Shown here piece after piece: positions 1 through 13,790 of a DNA stretch of 64,000 nucleotides (positions within the stretch are counted from its first letter, which is position 1; each line of letters begins with the position of its first letter). Origin of the DNA: Haliotis cracherodii (taxonomy: Eukaryota); assembly GCF_022045235.1 (NCBI RefSeq), contig NW_027266266.1, positions 5,890,001 through 5,954,000 on the forward strand. The letters run 5' to 3'. Below the pieces are notes generated by a model. The model made no database searches and was not told the origin of the DNA. It saw only the letters and a list, made by a program, of their open reading frames with translations. The position numbers and the translations under genes were made by a program.

Positions 1-701
1 CTGCCTCATAAGGTATGTTACAACATGTGAAAGTTGTTAGCGGACTGCAACATGATCTTACGTCCCTGCATTTGCACATACAGTAGCGTACTCCTTTGAC
101 ATTGCCATTAACTATAATTAATTGTGTTGTCCCATAATTTGTGATGCCACCCGTTACTATTACGCTTCCACTCCCACAAGGACACCGTTGAGTATCGCAA
201 AAACGTTCTCCTGGATGCCACAGACACTTACACGACCATCAGAGCTGTCCAGATGAAACCTGGACTCATCTGTGGAAAGGTTATTTTCCCAGTGTTGTCG
301 TGAAGCCTCAGACGCTGACCACAGAAAGCTGGGCGTGCCTGGCGGTGACGGGAAAACAGCATTGAGCGTATCACTCGACGTCAGGGCCGGATGTTGTGCT
401 TCCTCAATTGGTTGTGTACGATTCTGCAAATACTTGATCTCAACCCAAGAAGTGTCCAAATTGTCCAAACTGGCAGTTTGGTATCAATTCTATATATGGT
501 TGTCTTGTTGACGTAACGTCACTCGTGGACGACCGGCCAGTGGCAAGTCGTGTGTGTTGCCCTGCTGTGGATATAACGACTCCAAAGAAGTGATATTGCA
601 TTTCGACGAACATTAAAAATCTCTGCCAACTTCATTTTGCGCCAATCCTAGTGTAGCATGCCACAGACGCAAAGACATTGGTGTTGAGATAGCCGTGGCA
701 T
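1..701 (-). mobile_element. Degenerate Tc1/mariner transposase remnant, running off the left edge
   Basis: Minus strand reads MPRLS... from ATG at 701, then GRPRVT and 'STDESRFHLDSSDGRV' (first D of the DDE triad). Contains stops and frameshifts. Confidence 0.8.
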
Positions 702-850
702 TGCGTGAGCGTTAAGTACAGTTAAACACAAATGTTTTAGGACCACCTGTTAGTTAAACAATTAGTGTGTGCTAATCACATTCAAACCAAACACGCGTGT
801 AACTAGCATGATTATGTATCGAAAGGTGATTTCTTTAAAATCAAAATATA

Positions 851-2349
851 TACTCTTCAAACAAAGAAATGTTACATCAAGTTCCAAGGGGATATATTTT
901 ACTTTGAAAGGCAGTATCACAAAGAACAATAACAAATACATGGTCTGAGGTCATAAGCGAATCATGTCTCCAATAAGACTGATACCTTGATCACAAAACG
1001 AAACGGCAATGATAATGAACAGCACGAGGTGGTGTCAGATTGTTAATACCGGGTATGTACACCATTAGCGTCTACCACTGCCTGACATCTCCTACCCATA
1101 GAAGCAATGAGATGTTGCACTGTGCGTTGTGGGATATTCTGCCATCCCTGGTGTAGGACCTGGAACAGTTCTTGGAGTGTTCCTGGAGGTGGAAAATGTT
1201 GTCGAACTCGCCTGTCAAGAACATCCCACAAATGTTCAATCGGTGAGAGATCTGGTGATCGGGCAGGCCAGGGTAGCACACTGATGCTGTTTCTTTGCAG
1301 GTACATTGTACTCCTGACACACACGTGTAATATGCGGTCTGGCATTATCAAGCTGGAAAATCCCTCACTGACGATGCAGAAATGGCACAACATTACGTTG
1401 CAAGATCTCATCCCTGTATCGTACGCCTGTCATTGCACCTGCAACTTGCACTAGACCTGTTCGGCCATTGTGAGTGATACCGGCCCACGGTCGGCCTGTT
1501 GCACACAGTGAGCAGCGTAACGTTCATTACGCCTCCTGTAAACCCTGGCCCCTCCATCAGCCCTGTTAAGCATGAAACGGGACTTGTCACTGAAGAGGAC
1601 TGTTCTCCACCATGCATGTGGTCGAACACGATGACGATTACTGCACTGAAGGCGTTCAGCGTAATGACGTGGGGGTCAAGACGTTGCGTCTAACAGGTCT
1701 ACGTGCTCGGATTCCTGCTTCTCTCAATCGGTTGCGAACTGTCTGATCGGAGATGCGTCTCAACCCAGGTACGCTGTTTACTGTTTGTGAAGCTCTTCTA
1801 AAGCGATCGCGAAGATGCTAAAGTCGGATGTAGCGATCTTGTACAGGGGTGGTAACTCTTGGTCTGCCTGCTCTAGGTCGATCATTAACACTTCTTGTCG
1901 TTGAGTACCGTATCCATAGCCTGTTGATGGTTGCGCGGAACACACCATGGCTGTGGCAACAGTTTGTTGAGTCTGTCCTGCCTCCAGACGGCCTATTGCG
2001 TTGTGACGTTACTCTTGAGTCAGACGTCGCATTCTTTCATAAAGCAATACAGACAAACAGGTGAAGTGACGGGATTGAAAACCCTGCAGCTTTATACCCC
2101 TTTGTCACACACTGACTGCACGTGCAACGGAGTAAAGTTCAGTTGCACGTGCAAACATTGGGCACATGTGGATCATTTTGTCGACCGTGTCTCGTAAGTG
2201 ATTCGTTTTGGCGTCATGTTCATTCTTTTGAGTACTACTGTGCAGGAAATGGCCCGCTTTCTAATTATGCATAATATTTTCAACACTTTATTCACTCACA
2301 ATAATTTTGGACTGATTTTTCTGAATGTAACATTTTTTTTTGAAGAGTA
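851..2349 (-). mobile_element. Full-length but defective Tc1-family DNA transposon with terminal inverted repeats and TA target duplication
   Basis: Inverted repeats TACTCTTCAAACAAAGAAATGTTACAT (from 851) and ATGTAACATTTTTTTTTGAAGAGTA (to 2349) are flanked by TA. The transposase runs from about 2032 to 1043 with WPARSPDLSPIEHLWD and ends GVHTRY*. It has premature stops and frameshifts. Confidence 0.9.
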
Positions 2350-5300
2350 TATATGTATTCTTATTGAACTTAAAAAAAAGCATAGTTACTTTTTTCCGTT
2401 GGTATATACACCATATACACGCTTATTGTTTTCTATTATTAATTTTTAAACAATATCTTTTTAGCCACTTAAAGCATGGATTTACTTTTAGACATAACCC
2501 CAATACAGATATGAGCACCTGTTCATGAATGCATTGGCGAAAACATATTCCGAGGTCGATATTCTGCTGTAACCAAGGAACAAACCCGCTTTTAGAGAGA
2601 CTTAACAGGGTTATCTCATGTTTTATCTCCATGTAACAGAAAGTGTCTAAATGAAGTTTGTGGACAACACGTATTAGTAGACGTCTTACAAGAACTACAT
2701 GTAACGTAACGTTATGTGCAACAAATCAGCCGAACACGTTTGAGGTCGAAGTATTAGTATTGCGCGCGCACGTTTTGTGATAGCGTGTGTCAAATGTTTG
2801 ACATATATTACCGGAGGGAATTGGAACACATTATTGCTACACGTCGAAAGTTTTTCATGGACAAAATGTTTTTTACGCTCGGCAATAGGGACTACTGGCA
2901 TCACTGTGTTTGTTCCATAATGTTTCCGTGGTTTGCTAAGGTAATCAATTCGCATGTCTAGCAGGAATCGCAAAACTAGTCAGTTCTCCATGCGAAACTG
3001 ACACCTAGCCTGTCTCCTAGTCTGTCTCACTGTCCCCAAACTATATTAAGTTCCCTTTCGCCCAGCCCCTTCTGTAAGACAAAAGTCTAAATGAAGCTAG
3101 TTTAGATTTTACTCAGGTTCCGGGTCTGTTATCTGACTCACGTAAGGGGTCGGATTTCTGAGTAAACATATCAAACTGTCAGGGCTGGCTGGACCAACAT
3201 CTTGACCAGGAATCTATTAACTATTTTAGCACAGAAAGCAAAGGCAAGAAACTAGAGAGGCTAGAACCTATAGTCCTGCACCATGTGTGTGAAATATGTA
3301 TGGGGCCTTGCACACAGTCTATAATCTTCAATAGGCAAGTCTAGCTATAGCTGCCTTTAATTCAAGACTGCTTATAAATATTATTTAGTAAATATTAGTA
3401 TTTCATTGCCTTAACCGTGGTCTGGCTGGGGGTCCTAACTTTTTCAAACACATATGGCAGCATGTGCTCCATCTTAACTATGATTAAGGCTTAATTCTAA
3501 AACACAGGTATTTTATTTTGGCCTGGCGAGGTACAGTTTTTATGTATCAAATGATTGTAACTCCAGCTAGGGATGGCAGGAAATGTAACACCCTTATTTG
3601 TAATGCTCTGGTCGCACGAACTGATAGGCCACATATTAGCAAATGTAGTTCCATGAGTTTTGTACAACACACGTTTCTTTAAAGGACGACATCAGCTGAT
3701 TAACGTTTTCACGTCCCCTTGACGCTACACTGATGCAGTTATTACACATGATGTGTGTATAGCAGTCTCCCGGTATAAAACCTAAAGGCTATCTTCAAAT
3801 TGAGACAGTTTCCGGTTTTTTTCTCTTCCATTGTAACGTATTCTTCTGTAAAGAGCTTTATCTCTATCCTTCCGACATATCATCCAAAGAGATACTTTTG
3901 AAACTGAATCTGCCATCTCACTCCAGTGAGTAATACCATCCGGGCGATCACGACACTGGAGGCATGTGGGTTGTGAACGAGGTGCCACGTGGTCAGGCCG
4001 TCTTACCTTATTAAGAATATGATCACCACTTTTAGAAGGTATATGCATATACACAACCCAGGAGCTGGGCACTATGAAACTTAGCATCCAGCTCACAATA
4101 GAACTGTCCACGAGCTTAGCTTTTGCTCTTGGGTGATAGCTCAGGGGTGAAGTTTAAGAAGACAACAGCCATGTTCATTGTTGCAGGTTGAAATAGGTCG
4201 AAATGCTACAAGTAATGGTAATCACGTGACAGAACGCCCACGGGGACCGTGAGGACAATATGTTCCTGGGTGCGGAGATCCGCTCTGTCACTTACACTCA
4301 GTCAGGAAGTTGGACATCTGTAGCGACAAGAAATGGGATACGTCCAGAACTGGGTTAAACACCATAGGGAATTATATCTGTCGCATGCAACTATGTGTTT
4401 CATTGACAAATAGTTCATTAGAACAAAATCATCTGCACTTCTGGTGTTTTTTAGTGCGCCATTGGCAGTGCTACTGACTCGATATCCGCCATTTGTAGCT
4501 AAATATAGCAGCGTATAAAAGTGGTAATGCAGAACTAAAGCGGAATACAATTTCTTCTTTTTATACAGATCGGTAATGAATAAGTGTAAATTCCTATACA
4601 ATGGTCGTGTTTCTTAGTATCTGTAATTATTACCCATTGCCATGTTTAATTTCTAACCACGATATCAATCCCAAATGTATTATTCAATTGTCTATCATAT
4701 GATAACCTTCGTGACATGTTTTATAATAGAGTAAAGTTTCTGTTAAATATCTTGGCCACTTCTGAACACAAAGTTTTCCTTAAAATAGCAACAGCCAAAT
4801 GGAAATAAAGATGTTATGCCACTCATTGGTGGCGATATAAGTGTAATAATTCAAGTTTTGTAATGTGGATATAAAACCTCCTTGGATGTTTGTGTTATGC
4901 TATTTTTTAAGAGTCATAAGAGTTGGACATATTTCTTCTGATACGCAGGAGGCAAATATATAGGAGTATACACTGATGACATACGATAGGCGAGGATGTT
5001 CACAATATATTTGTGGGAGGGTATGTATAGTAATGTAATTGTAATAATTATTTTGAATATTACTGAGTGTGTCATTAAACATCAAACAAAGAATCTGATA
5101 CTCAACATTCTAAGACCCAGTACCTCTCAGCCCTCTGGCAACTGATGTGTGTATTTTTGTTTGTAATCTTAAGTCCCATTTTATTAATTTTTTTATGATA
5201 ACTATCATGTTATTTCTTGTGAACATTGATCAATCGGAAGGGGTGCTAAATGGGATTGTTCACAAACCAATATATAAGCAAATATCGCCGTGGGCGCTTA

Positions 5301-5532
5301 TTAGAGCGGGGCGCTTACTACGTCGAATAGGGTATTACAGTTGGGAACTTAACACGTGTTGGTCAAATTAACACATTTGGAGACCATTATAAAAACGACA
5401 ACAACAGTGTTATACATAGCAAGCGATTCAAAGCATGGTTTCCATAGCGACGATGTCAACACACTACCAGGTAATGCTGCATAGCTATTAGTGTAAAAAC
5501 CTCAAGCTGAAGTCCAATACGATTTGATGCAG

Positions 5533-5610
5533 TTATCCTGTCGTGTTGTATGCATCCTTCCGAAATCCTCCAGTTGACTCCGGTTTAAACTGGATCACGA
5601 TGAAAACATA
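5533..5610 (-). pseudogene. Orphan, 5'-truncated last exon of a GRL gene (YVFIVIQFKPESTGGFRKDAYNTTG*)
   Basis: Paralogous to GRL exon 4 at 6953-7051 and followed by the same 3' flank. The acceptor and first codons are missing. Confidence 0.8.
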
Positions 5611-6384
5611 ACATAACATAATTGTACTGATAGGTTCTTAATGCAGTGGTTGGTAGCTCTGTTTTGATATCTGGAATTCATTGTCCAAATTTGAAAACTA
5701 CAGCATTTTATCGAGAGTGAAAATGCGCGAACATGATAACAGACATGAAGTAATATACAAAGTAAATGCAAGGGAGGATAACGGTGACTGTGTCAACTAC
5801 TCTTTTCCGCCACAAAACCAAGCTTTGAATTAAGTTCATTGATTTCTGTTCCACGTGGATAAGAGAGTGGGTGAGTGCGGGAGTGAGTGAATCGTTATCT
5901 CGCCTTTGTCATGACGTACTAACTCATAACGGTAAACGTTGGCTGCACTATTGGATATAACACGATCCTCATGTTTCCTTTGAAAGGTTGGTGCTGATAC
6001 ACGTTCATACAGTCATCCACAACATTTTATCTCACTTAAAATTAAGATTCTTACTTCTAAGTGGTTAAGGAGTGAGCAGTTTCCCAGTGAAAGAATTTCC
6101 AGTACATACAGCAAACTAGAGAAAGATAAATATGGTTTCAATTTTTGTTTACCAAGCTGAGGTCGTTATTCATTCTCTAGATCACAAGTAGATCTAGACT
6201 CAGTCAGATTCAGGACATGATGCTTTTACCGTATTATTGCTGAATTTGGTGTAGCACCACATCCACGTTTTGGTCCTCCAATGGTGAGTGAGTTAGTGGG
6301 TGAGTATGTATTGTTTGACATTTCCCAGAAGGATGACAAAGTGGACACAATTTATGGATAACACCTTCTTTATTATACTGTAAT

Positions 6385-6424
6385 AGCGACGTTTCGGTAT
6401 AGATCCTGATACCGTTGTCAAGCA
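6385..6424 (-). ncRNA. Minimal hammerhead-like motif in a solo Penelope terminal-repeat remnant
   Basis: Minus strand GC-TTGACAA-C-GGTATcAG-GAT-CTATACC-GAAA-CG-TC-GC followed by AATAAA. Same motif as the end of the Penelope element at 25755-25794. Confidence 0.5.
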
Positions 6425-6952
6425 AGCCTGAATACTGAACATTAAACAGAATTATATATGGAAGGTAAAGGATTAATAGTAACAACAATTTTCATATATG
6501 AGGGAGTTTAACATGAGTCGGTTATATAGAAACAACAGAAGGATAATATTGTAACGACATGATGGACAGAGAACACATGATGACGAAGCGAATAATACGG
6601 GAAGACAATTCAACCGGATTAAGTATACATACTCGTAGGTGGTAAGAGTTGAAAAAAACCCTATTGCTTGAGTTCGGGGATGAGATGCGATAGCCGTGAT
6701 CTCTGTTGATTCATGGCTTGTGGCGGCGAATCTTGACTGCTTCTCTTTGTTTTCTCTCATTATTCTTGGTATCATTTCTTTTAGATTTTAACTCTATCTA
6801 TTCACATTCGGAGACCATTATAACAACTTAAAACACGGCATGCGTTTCACAAGCATGCTTTGCAAAGCGACGATGTCAAAACATTACAAAGTAAAGCTGC
6901 TCAACCATTAGTGCACAAACTTCAAGCGCAAGTCAAATACGACTTGATGCAG

Positions 6953-9900
6953 TTATCCTGCCGTGGAGTTTGTTTCCTGATGCATTCCGTCAGTTGATTC
7001 CGGTTTAAACTGGATTACGATGAAAACATAAGCGAGGAGGGTCCCGATGATCTGTGTCAACAAAGAAGAAAGGTAATGGAGAACAGTATACATTGAGGAC
7101 AAAAATGTCTTGATCTATATGAAGTCCACGTACCTTTAGGATCGTGTCCTTCGTGATGGTCATTAGGCCTAAAGCACTGATTCCGATATGCCGTTGAGAC
7201 AACTTGTTTGCGAACAGTGTGACCTGGGTGAACAATTCGTAAGAAAGAGGGAATATTGACAAGACACTTCATAATCATTAAATAACATATATATTGTTTA
7301 ATTACATCATCATAATTTAAACGTTCCAAAATGTTATGTTTATCATTGGCACATATTAACATTTATCATATCAAATATGTTCAGGAGCATTTCATTTCAA
7401 GTTTCGGGTGCTTGAAGACAATTATTCAATTTAACAGATAAAACATGTAGGATGTTTAACACATAAAATTTCCAATCTGTTAAATTAATATCGTATATGG
7501 TTACGTGTTCCTATGAGGCATTGTCGATCCCCAGTATCCGATGTATCCATGAGTGTATTAGCGAGTGAATTGTGTCTTATATATGCCAAAGTGATGACTG
7601 GGAATATTTTTGTGATCATTGAGGTATGATTCGAGAAACTGACATGCCAAATGTGTCAATCCGAGAAACCAAACTACCACACGTTTGTTTGCACACAGCA
7701 ATATTTCAGCTATATGACTGGATTATAAATATAGTCAAGTGTGGACCAAACAATCAAGTGATTGACATCATGAGCTCCGATCTACGCAATTTGAATACAA
7801 TTACCACGCCTAACGGACTCAGTAGGCTAGGACAGAGGGCGGTTGGTCCAAGCTGACAAATTCAGTTTCAATCATGAGAGAAAGTTCCTGGAAACATGAA
7901 GACATAGTTGCAAAGTGACGGTTAGAATGAACCCAAATGGATACGGATTCATGCGTTGACTCTGATTGTTTCATTATAACGATTTACCAGTGCAATAATT
8001 CTGTCTGGCATCTTTCTCCCAGCCAAGTCATGCAGAATGTTCAGAGGTCGGTGTGCCTGAACAAAAATATTCCAGTTACTTTGTTAAAAAACTAATCTTA
8101 GTTCATAAATAAAACATTTAAATTGACACAAGATCTGATTACATAATACATTGAGTATAACGAAGTCACTGGTGGTAGCTCTACGTAGGCCATTCCTTTA
8201 ATTATTCCCTCGTTATGCCTTAAGTCGCAGAGACACATGGAACATTGCTACAAGCTTTAAGTGGAAACAATACAATAATCACCCCCGTTTGTAATCCCAT
8301 ACGCATTATTGTTACTATATTATTGTTTTATATGAAAAAATTGTAGACTTACGATATACGCTTTATTGTTACTACTTTCCTTAACATGAAGGCCCTGTTA
8401 CTACATTTATTTACATTAAGGCCTTGTTGAATCACGATACACGCATTATTGTTACTACTTTCCTTAACATGAAGGCCCTGTTACTACATTTATTTACATT
8501 AAGGCCTTGTTGAATCACGATATACGCATTATTGTTACTACATTCATTTACATTATGAACTTGTAGATTCGAGACATACGCATTAATTTTACTACATTTA
8601 TTTACATTAAGACCCTGCAGAATCATGATATACGCATTACTGTTACTACATTCATTTACATGAAGACCTTGTAGAATCACGATATACACATTATTTTTAC
8701 AACATTCATTTACATGAAGACCTTACATGAAGACTACGATATATGCATTACTGTTATTACATTTATTTACATGAAGACCTTGTAGAATAACGATATAAGC
8801 ATTATTGTTACCAGATTATTTTACATGAAGACCTTACATGAAGACTACGATATATGCATTACTATTACTACATTCATTTACATGAAGACCCTGTAGAATC
8901 ACGATATATGCATTGTTGTTACAACATTTATTTACATGAAGACCTTGTAGAATAACAATATAAGCATTATTGTTACTACGTTCATTATTTACATTAAGGC
9001 CTTGTAGATTCCCAATGTACACATAATTGTTACTACAATCATTTACATTAAGACCTTGTAGATTCAAGACATAAGCATTGATTTTACTACATTCATTTAC
9101 ATGAAGACCTTGTAGAATCAAGATATATGCCCTATTGCTACTTCATTTATTTACATTAAGATGCTGTAGAATCACGATATACGCATTAGTGTTACTACAT
9201 TCATTTACATGAAGACCTTGCAGAATTACGACATACGCATTACTGTTACTACATTCATTTACATGAAGACCTTGTAGAATTACGACATACGCATTACTGT
9301 TACTACATTCATTTACATGAAGACCTTGCAGAATTACAACATAAGCATTACTGTTACTACATTTATTTACATGAACACTTTGTAGAATAACGATATAAGC
9401 ATTATTGTTACTACTTTCATTATTTACATTAAGGCCTTGTTGATTCACGATGTACGCATTATTGCTCCATTTATTTACATGAGGACCTTGTAGAATCACG
9501 ATATTCGCATTATTGTAACTATATTCATTTACATTAAGACCTTGTACTATCACGATATAGGCATTATTGTTACTACATTCATTTACATGATGACCTTGTA
9601 GAATCTGGAAATACGCATTATTGTTACCAGATTCATTTACATTAAGACCTTGTACAATCACGATATATGCATTATTGCTACTACATTCATTAACATCAAG
9701 ACCTTGTAGAATCACGACATAGGGATTATTGTTACCAAATTCGTTTACATAAAGACCTTGTAGAATCACGATATACGTATTATTGTTACCACATTTATTC
9801 AGATAAAAAACCTTTTAGAATCACGATGTGTGCATTATTTTCACCACATATATTTACAGTATGACCTTGTGGAATCACGATATACGCCTTAATGTTACGA

Positions 9901-12158
9901 CATTCATTTACATGAAGACCTTGTGGAAATACGACATACACATTATTGTTACGATATTCATTTACATGAAATCTTGAAGTATCACGATATATGCATTATT
10001 GTTCCTTTGTTAATTTACATGAAGACCCTGTAGATTCACGATATACGTTTTATTGTTACCACATTTATTTACATGAAGACCTTGTAGAATCATGATATAC
10101 GCATTATTGTTACCACATTCGTTCACATGAAAACTAGACTAACATATAGTCTCTGAAATGAACATATCATACAGAAAATAAAAATCTAATAAAAAGGGAG
10201 CCCAGTGATTCTCTTCATTCTGATACTGCAGTAATCTAGACTTGCCAAACATTATAGACTTGCATGGGCTGTAGTTGATATAAATGTATCAGGGTCTGTA
10301 AGACAGACTACATGAAAACCTTTAAGAATCACGATATGTGTATTACTGTCACCACATATATTTACAGTAAGACCCTGTAGAATCATGATATGCGCATTAT
10401 TGTTACTACATTGACTTAGATGAAGACCTAGTAGAATCACGCCTTAATGTAACGACATTCATTTACATGAAGACTTGATAGAATCATGATGAACGCATTA
10501 TTGTTACTTCATTCATTTACATCAATAACTTGTAGGATCACGATATTCGCATTATTGATACTACATTCATTTACATAAAGACCTTGTAGATCCCGATATA
10601 GGCATTATTGCTTCCACATTTATTTACTTTAAGACCCTTTAGAATCACGATATGTGCATAATTGTTATCACATTCATTTACATAAAGACCTTGTTAAATC
10701 ACGATATACGCATTATTGTTACTACATTCATTTACATCAAGACCTTGTTGAATCACGATATACGCTTTATTAGGGTTCGCCATATCAACAATTAACCGTT
10801 GTACTGCTTTTATTCAGTGGAACCCTGCTAGTCCGAACTAAACTGCCGGGCAAAACATAGTATATCCCCGTGTTGGATGGTGGCCAAAAATGAAGCAAAA
10901 GAGAATGGTTATCCGATGGTGATGAATTTGATACGGGTATAAAAGTTGTATTTTGGACCTTAAGTCTGCAGTGTTTCGGCGAATGTTTCCAGACTACTGG
11001 CGTTTTAAGACCGTTGTGTAATGCTTTGGTCAAATCCAATCTTCAAGAGTATATTTTCTTTTGCCCGGCAGTTTATACCATTCTCAGTGAAATAGACCGA
11101 GATGATAACATGTCCAAACAAAAGAATCATAGAACCCCTTGTATTCATATAGACATTTCATAAATTTATCATTCAGAATATGTGATTTCTGTCTAACAAG
11201 GTTTCAATGTACAATTCCACAATTACATTGTAACACTCACCGCTTCGTGCAGCCGGATACCAAGGTAGGTGAGAGTGACGAGATGCAATGTGGAAATGTA
11301 CACAGCAAATGCCGCAAAGACAAAGTAACCAAGCGAGGGGACGTCGTTGATGAAGAAGTACAGGCAGAAACACTCAATCAGAAAAGAGCTGAGATAGGCA
11401 GCAGCCACGTGTATGGATATGAAAGAACACACATATTCCACCAAGCCTGTCAGTGTTGCATGGTATCCTCGAATGTCCTCAATATCCTCTTCTTTGACGG
11501 ACCCTTCAGATGCCCGTAACAGTCTCAGGGTGCAAACATCATATTCATAGGTGAGAAGGAGGGAGATGGACAAGAATAGAAGCAATAACGAATGGTATAT
11601 CAGAATGATATAGCCAATAATTATCACATTCAAGAAAAGTAAAGGCCAATATAGTTCCTTGGATGTTTCAAGCGTCATGCCTGTATTGATTCCATTGGCC
11701 ACACAGGTGAAAGCCGCGAAGATTATTATACATATACATGCCCTTTTTACCCTCTTCCTCAATGTAGTGTTTGGAACACAACTGTTAAACTTCAACCGTG
11801 CTTCATGGAGACGTTCGCGGAATATGCGTAGCTTGCTGTGGATGTTGGTACTGAGGCCCCAGAAGGTTATTGATAACAGAATTACAATGTGACTTGTTAG
11901 CAAGATACTTGTTTTCGTGATCGATTCAGTATACGATGTTATCACTTCGATAAACAATAGAATGAAAAATATGCACACCAAACTTGAATATATGCTGGAA
12001 GCAACAGAGGAGACGGTGCACCGTTTTGGTGACTTCGACTGCTGATAGTCCCATGATAACCCAGACGATGCCATCAGTCTCTGGACACTTGTCAATGTTT
12101 CCTGTACATCATCTGTATCACTGGATGTACCAACGGTATTTTGAAAAACCTTCAACAT
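6953..12158 (-). CDS. Gustatory receptor-like (GRL/7TMIC) chemoreceptor, copy A, 391 aa. Exons 12158-11241, 8056-7988, 7223-7134, 7051-6953
   Basis: Exon 1 (306 aa, six hydrophobic segments) ends HEA|gtgagt. Exon 2 is AHRPLNILHDLAGRKMPDRIIAL, exon 3 VTLFANKLSQRHIGISALGLMTITKDTILK, exon 4 IIGTLLAYVFIVIQFKPES...AG*. All introns are GT-AG, phase 0. The TM7 [T/A]YhhhhhQF motif is the GR/GRL signature. Confidence 0.88.
7690..7850 (-). mobile_element. Partial SINE-like element of the same family as 48820-49090, in GRL-A intron 2
   Basis: Reverse complement contains TTGCGTAGATCGGAGCTCATGATGTCAATCACTTGATTGT...ATAGCTGAAATATTGCTG, matching the body and tail of that family. Confidence 0.6.
8298..10770. 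repeat. 54-bp minisatellite, about 40 diverged units, in GRL-A intron 1, interrupted near 10135-10310
   Basis: Consensus TACGCATTATTGTTACTACATTCATTTACATGAAGACCTTGTAGAATCACGATA. It gives 18-aa periodic ORFs on the minus strand. Confidence 0.95.
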
Positions 12159-12396
12159 TTTCGACTGACTGGATTATAAAAATATAGTGTATTCTCTTCG
12201 GATTCTAGACATTCATGTGGTTCTGTTCTCAACTCAGTATCACTATTATCTTGTGTAACAGTTTCCATGACGATGCATCAGTAAACATACAACTCAGAAC
12301 GCATATTTAAATCCCCAAGAGATTTCAAATTGGATATGGGCGAGGCGAGCCTATCTAGCACTAGGAAGATAAAAAATGCAACATTTATTTGTTTGA

Positions 12397-12459
12397 GAAA
12401 CGCTGCTGGCACGTAATTCCTAAAGCACAGCTTTAGGAATTACGTGCTAGAAGCGTTTC
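12397..12459. repeat. Inverted repeat / hairpin with an 18-bp perfect core, about 30-bp arms and a 3-nt loop
   Basis: GCACGTAATTCCTAAAGC-ACA-GCTTTAGGAATTACGTGC (12409-12447), extended by GAAACGCT/AGCGTTTC. Confidence 0.9.
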
Positions 12460-13589
12460 AATAAACATTCTGAGCCGAATAATTCATGAAACCAATGGGT
12501 TCTTGATGAAGTAGATGATAGGTCGGTTGTTATACCTGGCATTAGTTGTCCACATTTGAAAACTACCAGCACGTCATCGCCAGTTAAAATGGGACGAAAG
12601 CTTTGACTGTGACCACTTCTTTCTGAAACCAAGCTTTGAATGTGACGTAGAATACCTCACTGTGCAATAAGGTAAATTGATTTCTGTTCCAGAAGAACTG
12701 GGGATCTCTGTGTCAAATTCTATAATGTCTTCAATATGCATGGTAGGATGAATAAGTCAGTGTGTGAATGAGTGAGTCAGGGAATCATTTTCTTACCTTT
12801 TTGCTGACATATTAAATCACAAGTGCTGAACCTTTGAATACTCGTACATAATACCAACCTCATGTTTTCTTTGAGACGTCGGTGCTGACACATCTTGTAT
12901 TAACCGGTAATTGTTAGACACGGCGTTTACATATGTCATCCACATTGTTATGTTATCATGTCATTCAGGAAGGGCGAGAGATAAACAGAAAGGGAGAGGG
13001 GCAGAGAAACAGAGGAAGAAATAGATGTAACAGTTAGTTAAGTTATTCATGATGTCGGTAGTGTGACGTACAGTGTAATGTCCATATCCTTCTACATGTC
13101 TAGATATTACAGTTCGGAAGAGTAAAAGTAATAGTTGGGGTGTGGATTTAATTTCAACAGAAGTTAGCATTAAAACGGTATCAACCAGCGAGTTCTGGCA
13201 TGATAAGTATTCTGTCGGGGTATGCCAAGTTGTACCTGATGATAGCTCATTACATCAGAGTGTGTCAACTTAAACCGAACGTACATTTAATACCAAATGG
13301 AAATGGGCGAGGCGAGACAAAATGTCCTTCAACGTGATCAAATAATAAAGCATTGATTTGTGCTTGCACGTAATTGTCTAATCGGTTTGTTGAAATATCT
13401 GGGAATAGTTGTCAACATTTGAAAACTTCAGTTTGTCATCCCAAGTCAAAATGTTGAGTGAGTATGATATCAAACATGAAGTAATATATAAAATGTGAAA
13501 TGGCAACGTCAGAGAATAGCCAGTCTCGATCATCCCGCGAGACAGATTGTCTTGGGCGTAAACACAAAATAACAGAGGAAATTATATGA

Positions 13590-13790
13590 ATGGATTAAAA
13601 GTGGTGATGACACCATGTGTTTGCGAAAAGGATCCGCAAGTCCTGCCCTACCAGTAGTGCCCGCCACTCGCACAATTTGTTGACAGAACAGTATGCGTTG
13701 GTTGCCTGACAGCGCACCGCACCATTCCTGCCATGCGACGGCATGTGAACAAACCAGACAATTAGATGATGAACAGGACATCCAGTCACA
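13590..13790. repeat. Unclassified interspersed repeat. Other copies near 21330-21510, 29995-30150 and 63795-64000
   Basis: Shared GTGATGACACCA(G/T)GTG..CGCGAAAAG..GCA(T/A)GTCCTGCCCTACC..CAGCACCCGCCA...TTGCCTGAC...CCTGCCA(T/C)GCGA in four places. Confidence 0.7.

Noticed and set aside
2695-4601. Several 90-110 aa ORFs
   Set aside because: No recognisable motifs or convincing exon structure. Probably non-coding or old repeat sequence, and I could not classify it.
8432-10440. ORFs with 18-aa repeats (up to 208 aa), and a superficially CRISPR-like array
   Set aside because: These are translations of a 54-bp tandem minisatellite inside an intron. Units abut with no unique spacers, there are no cas genes, and the context is eukaryotic.
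11223-11240. Single-exon reading of the GRL ORFs (311, 315 and 330 aa)
   Set aside because: The ORF tails differ after HEA, where a conserved GTGAGT donor sits. The true C-terminus is in three downstream exons.
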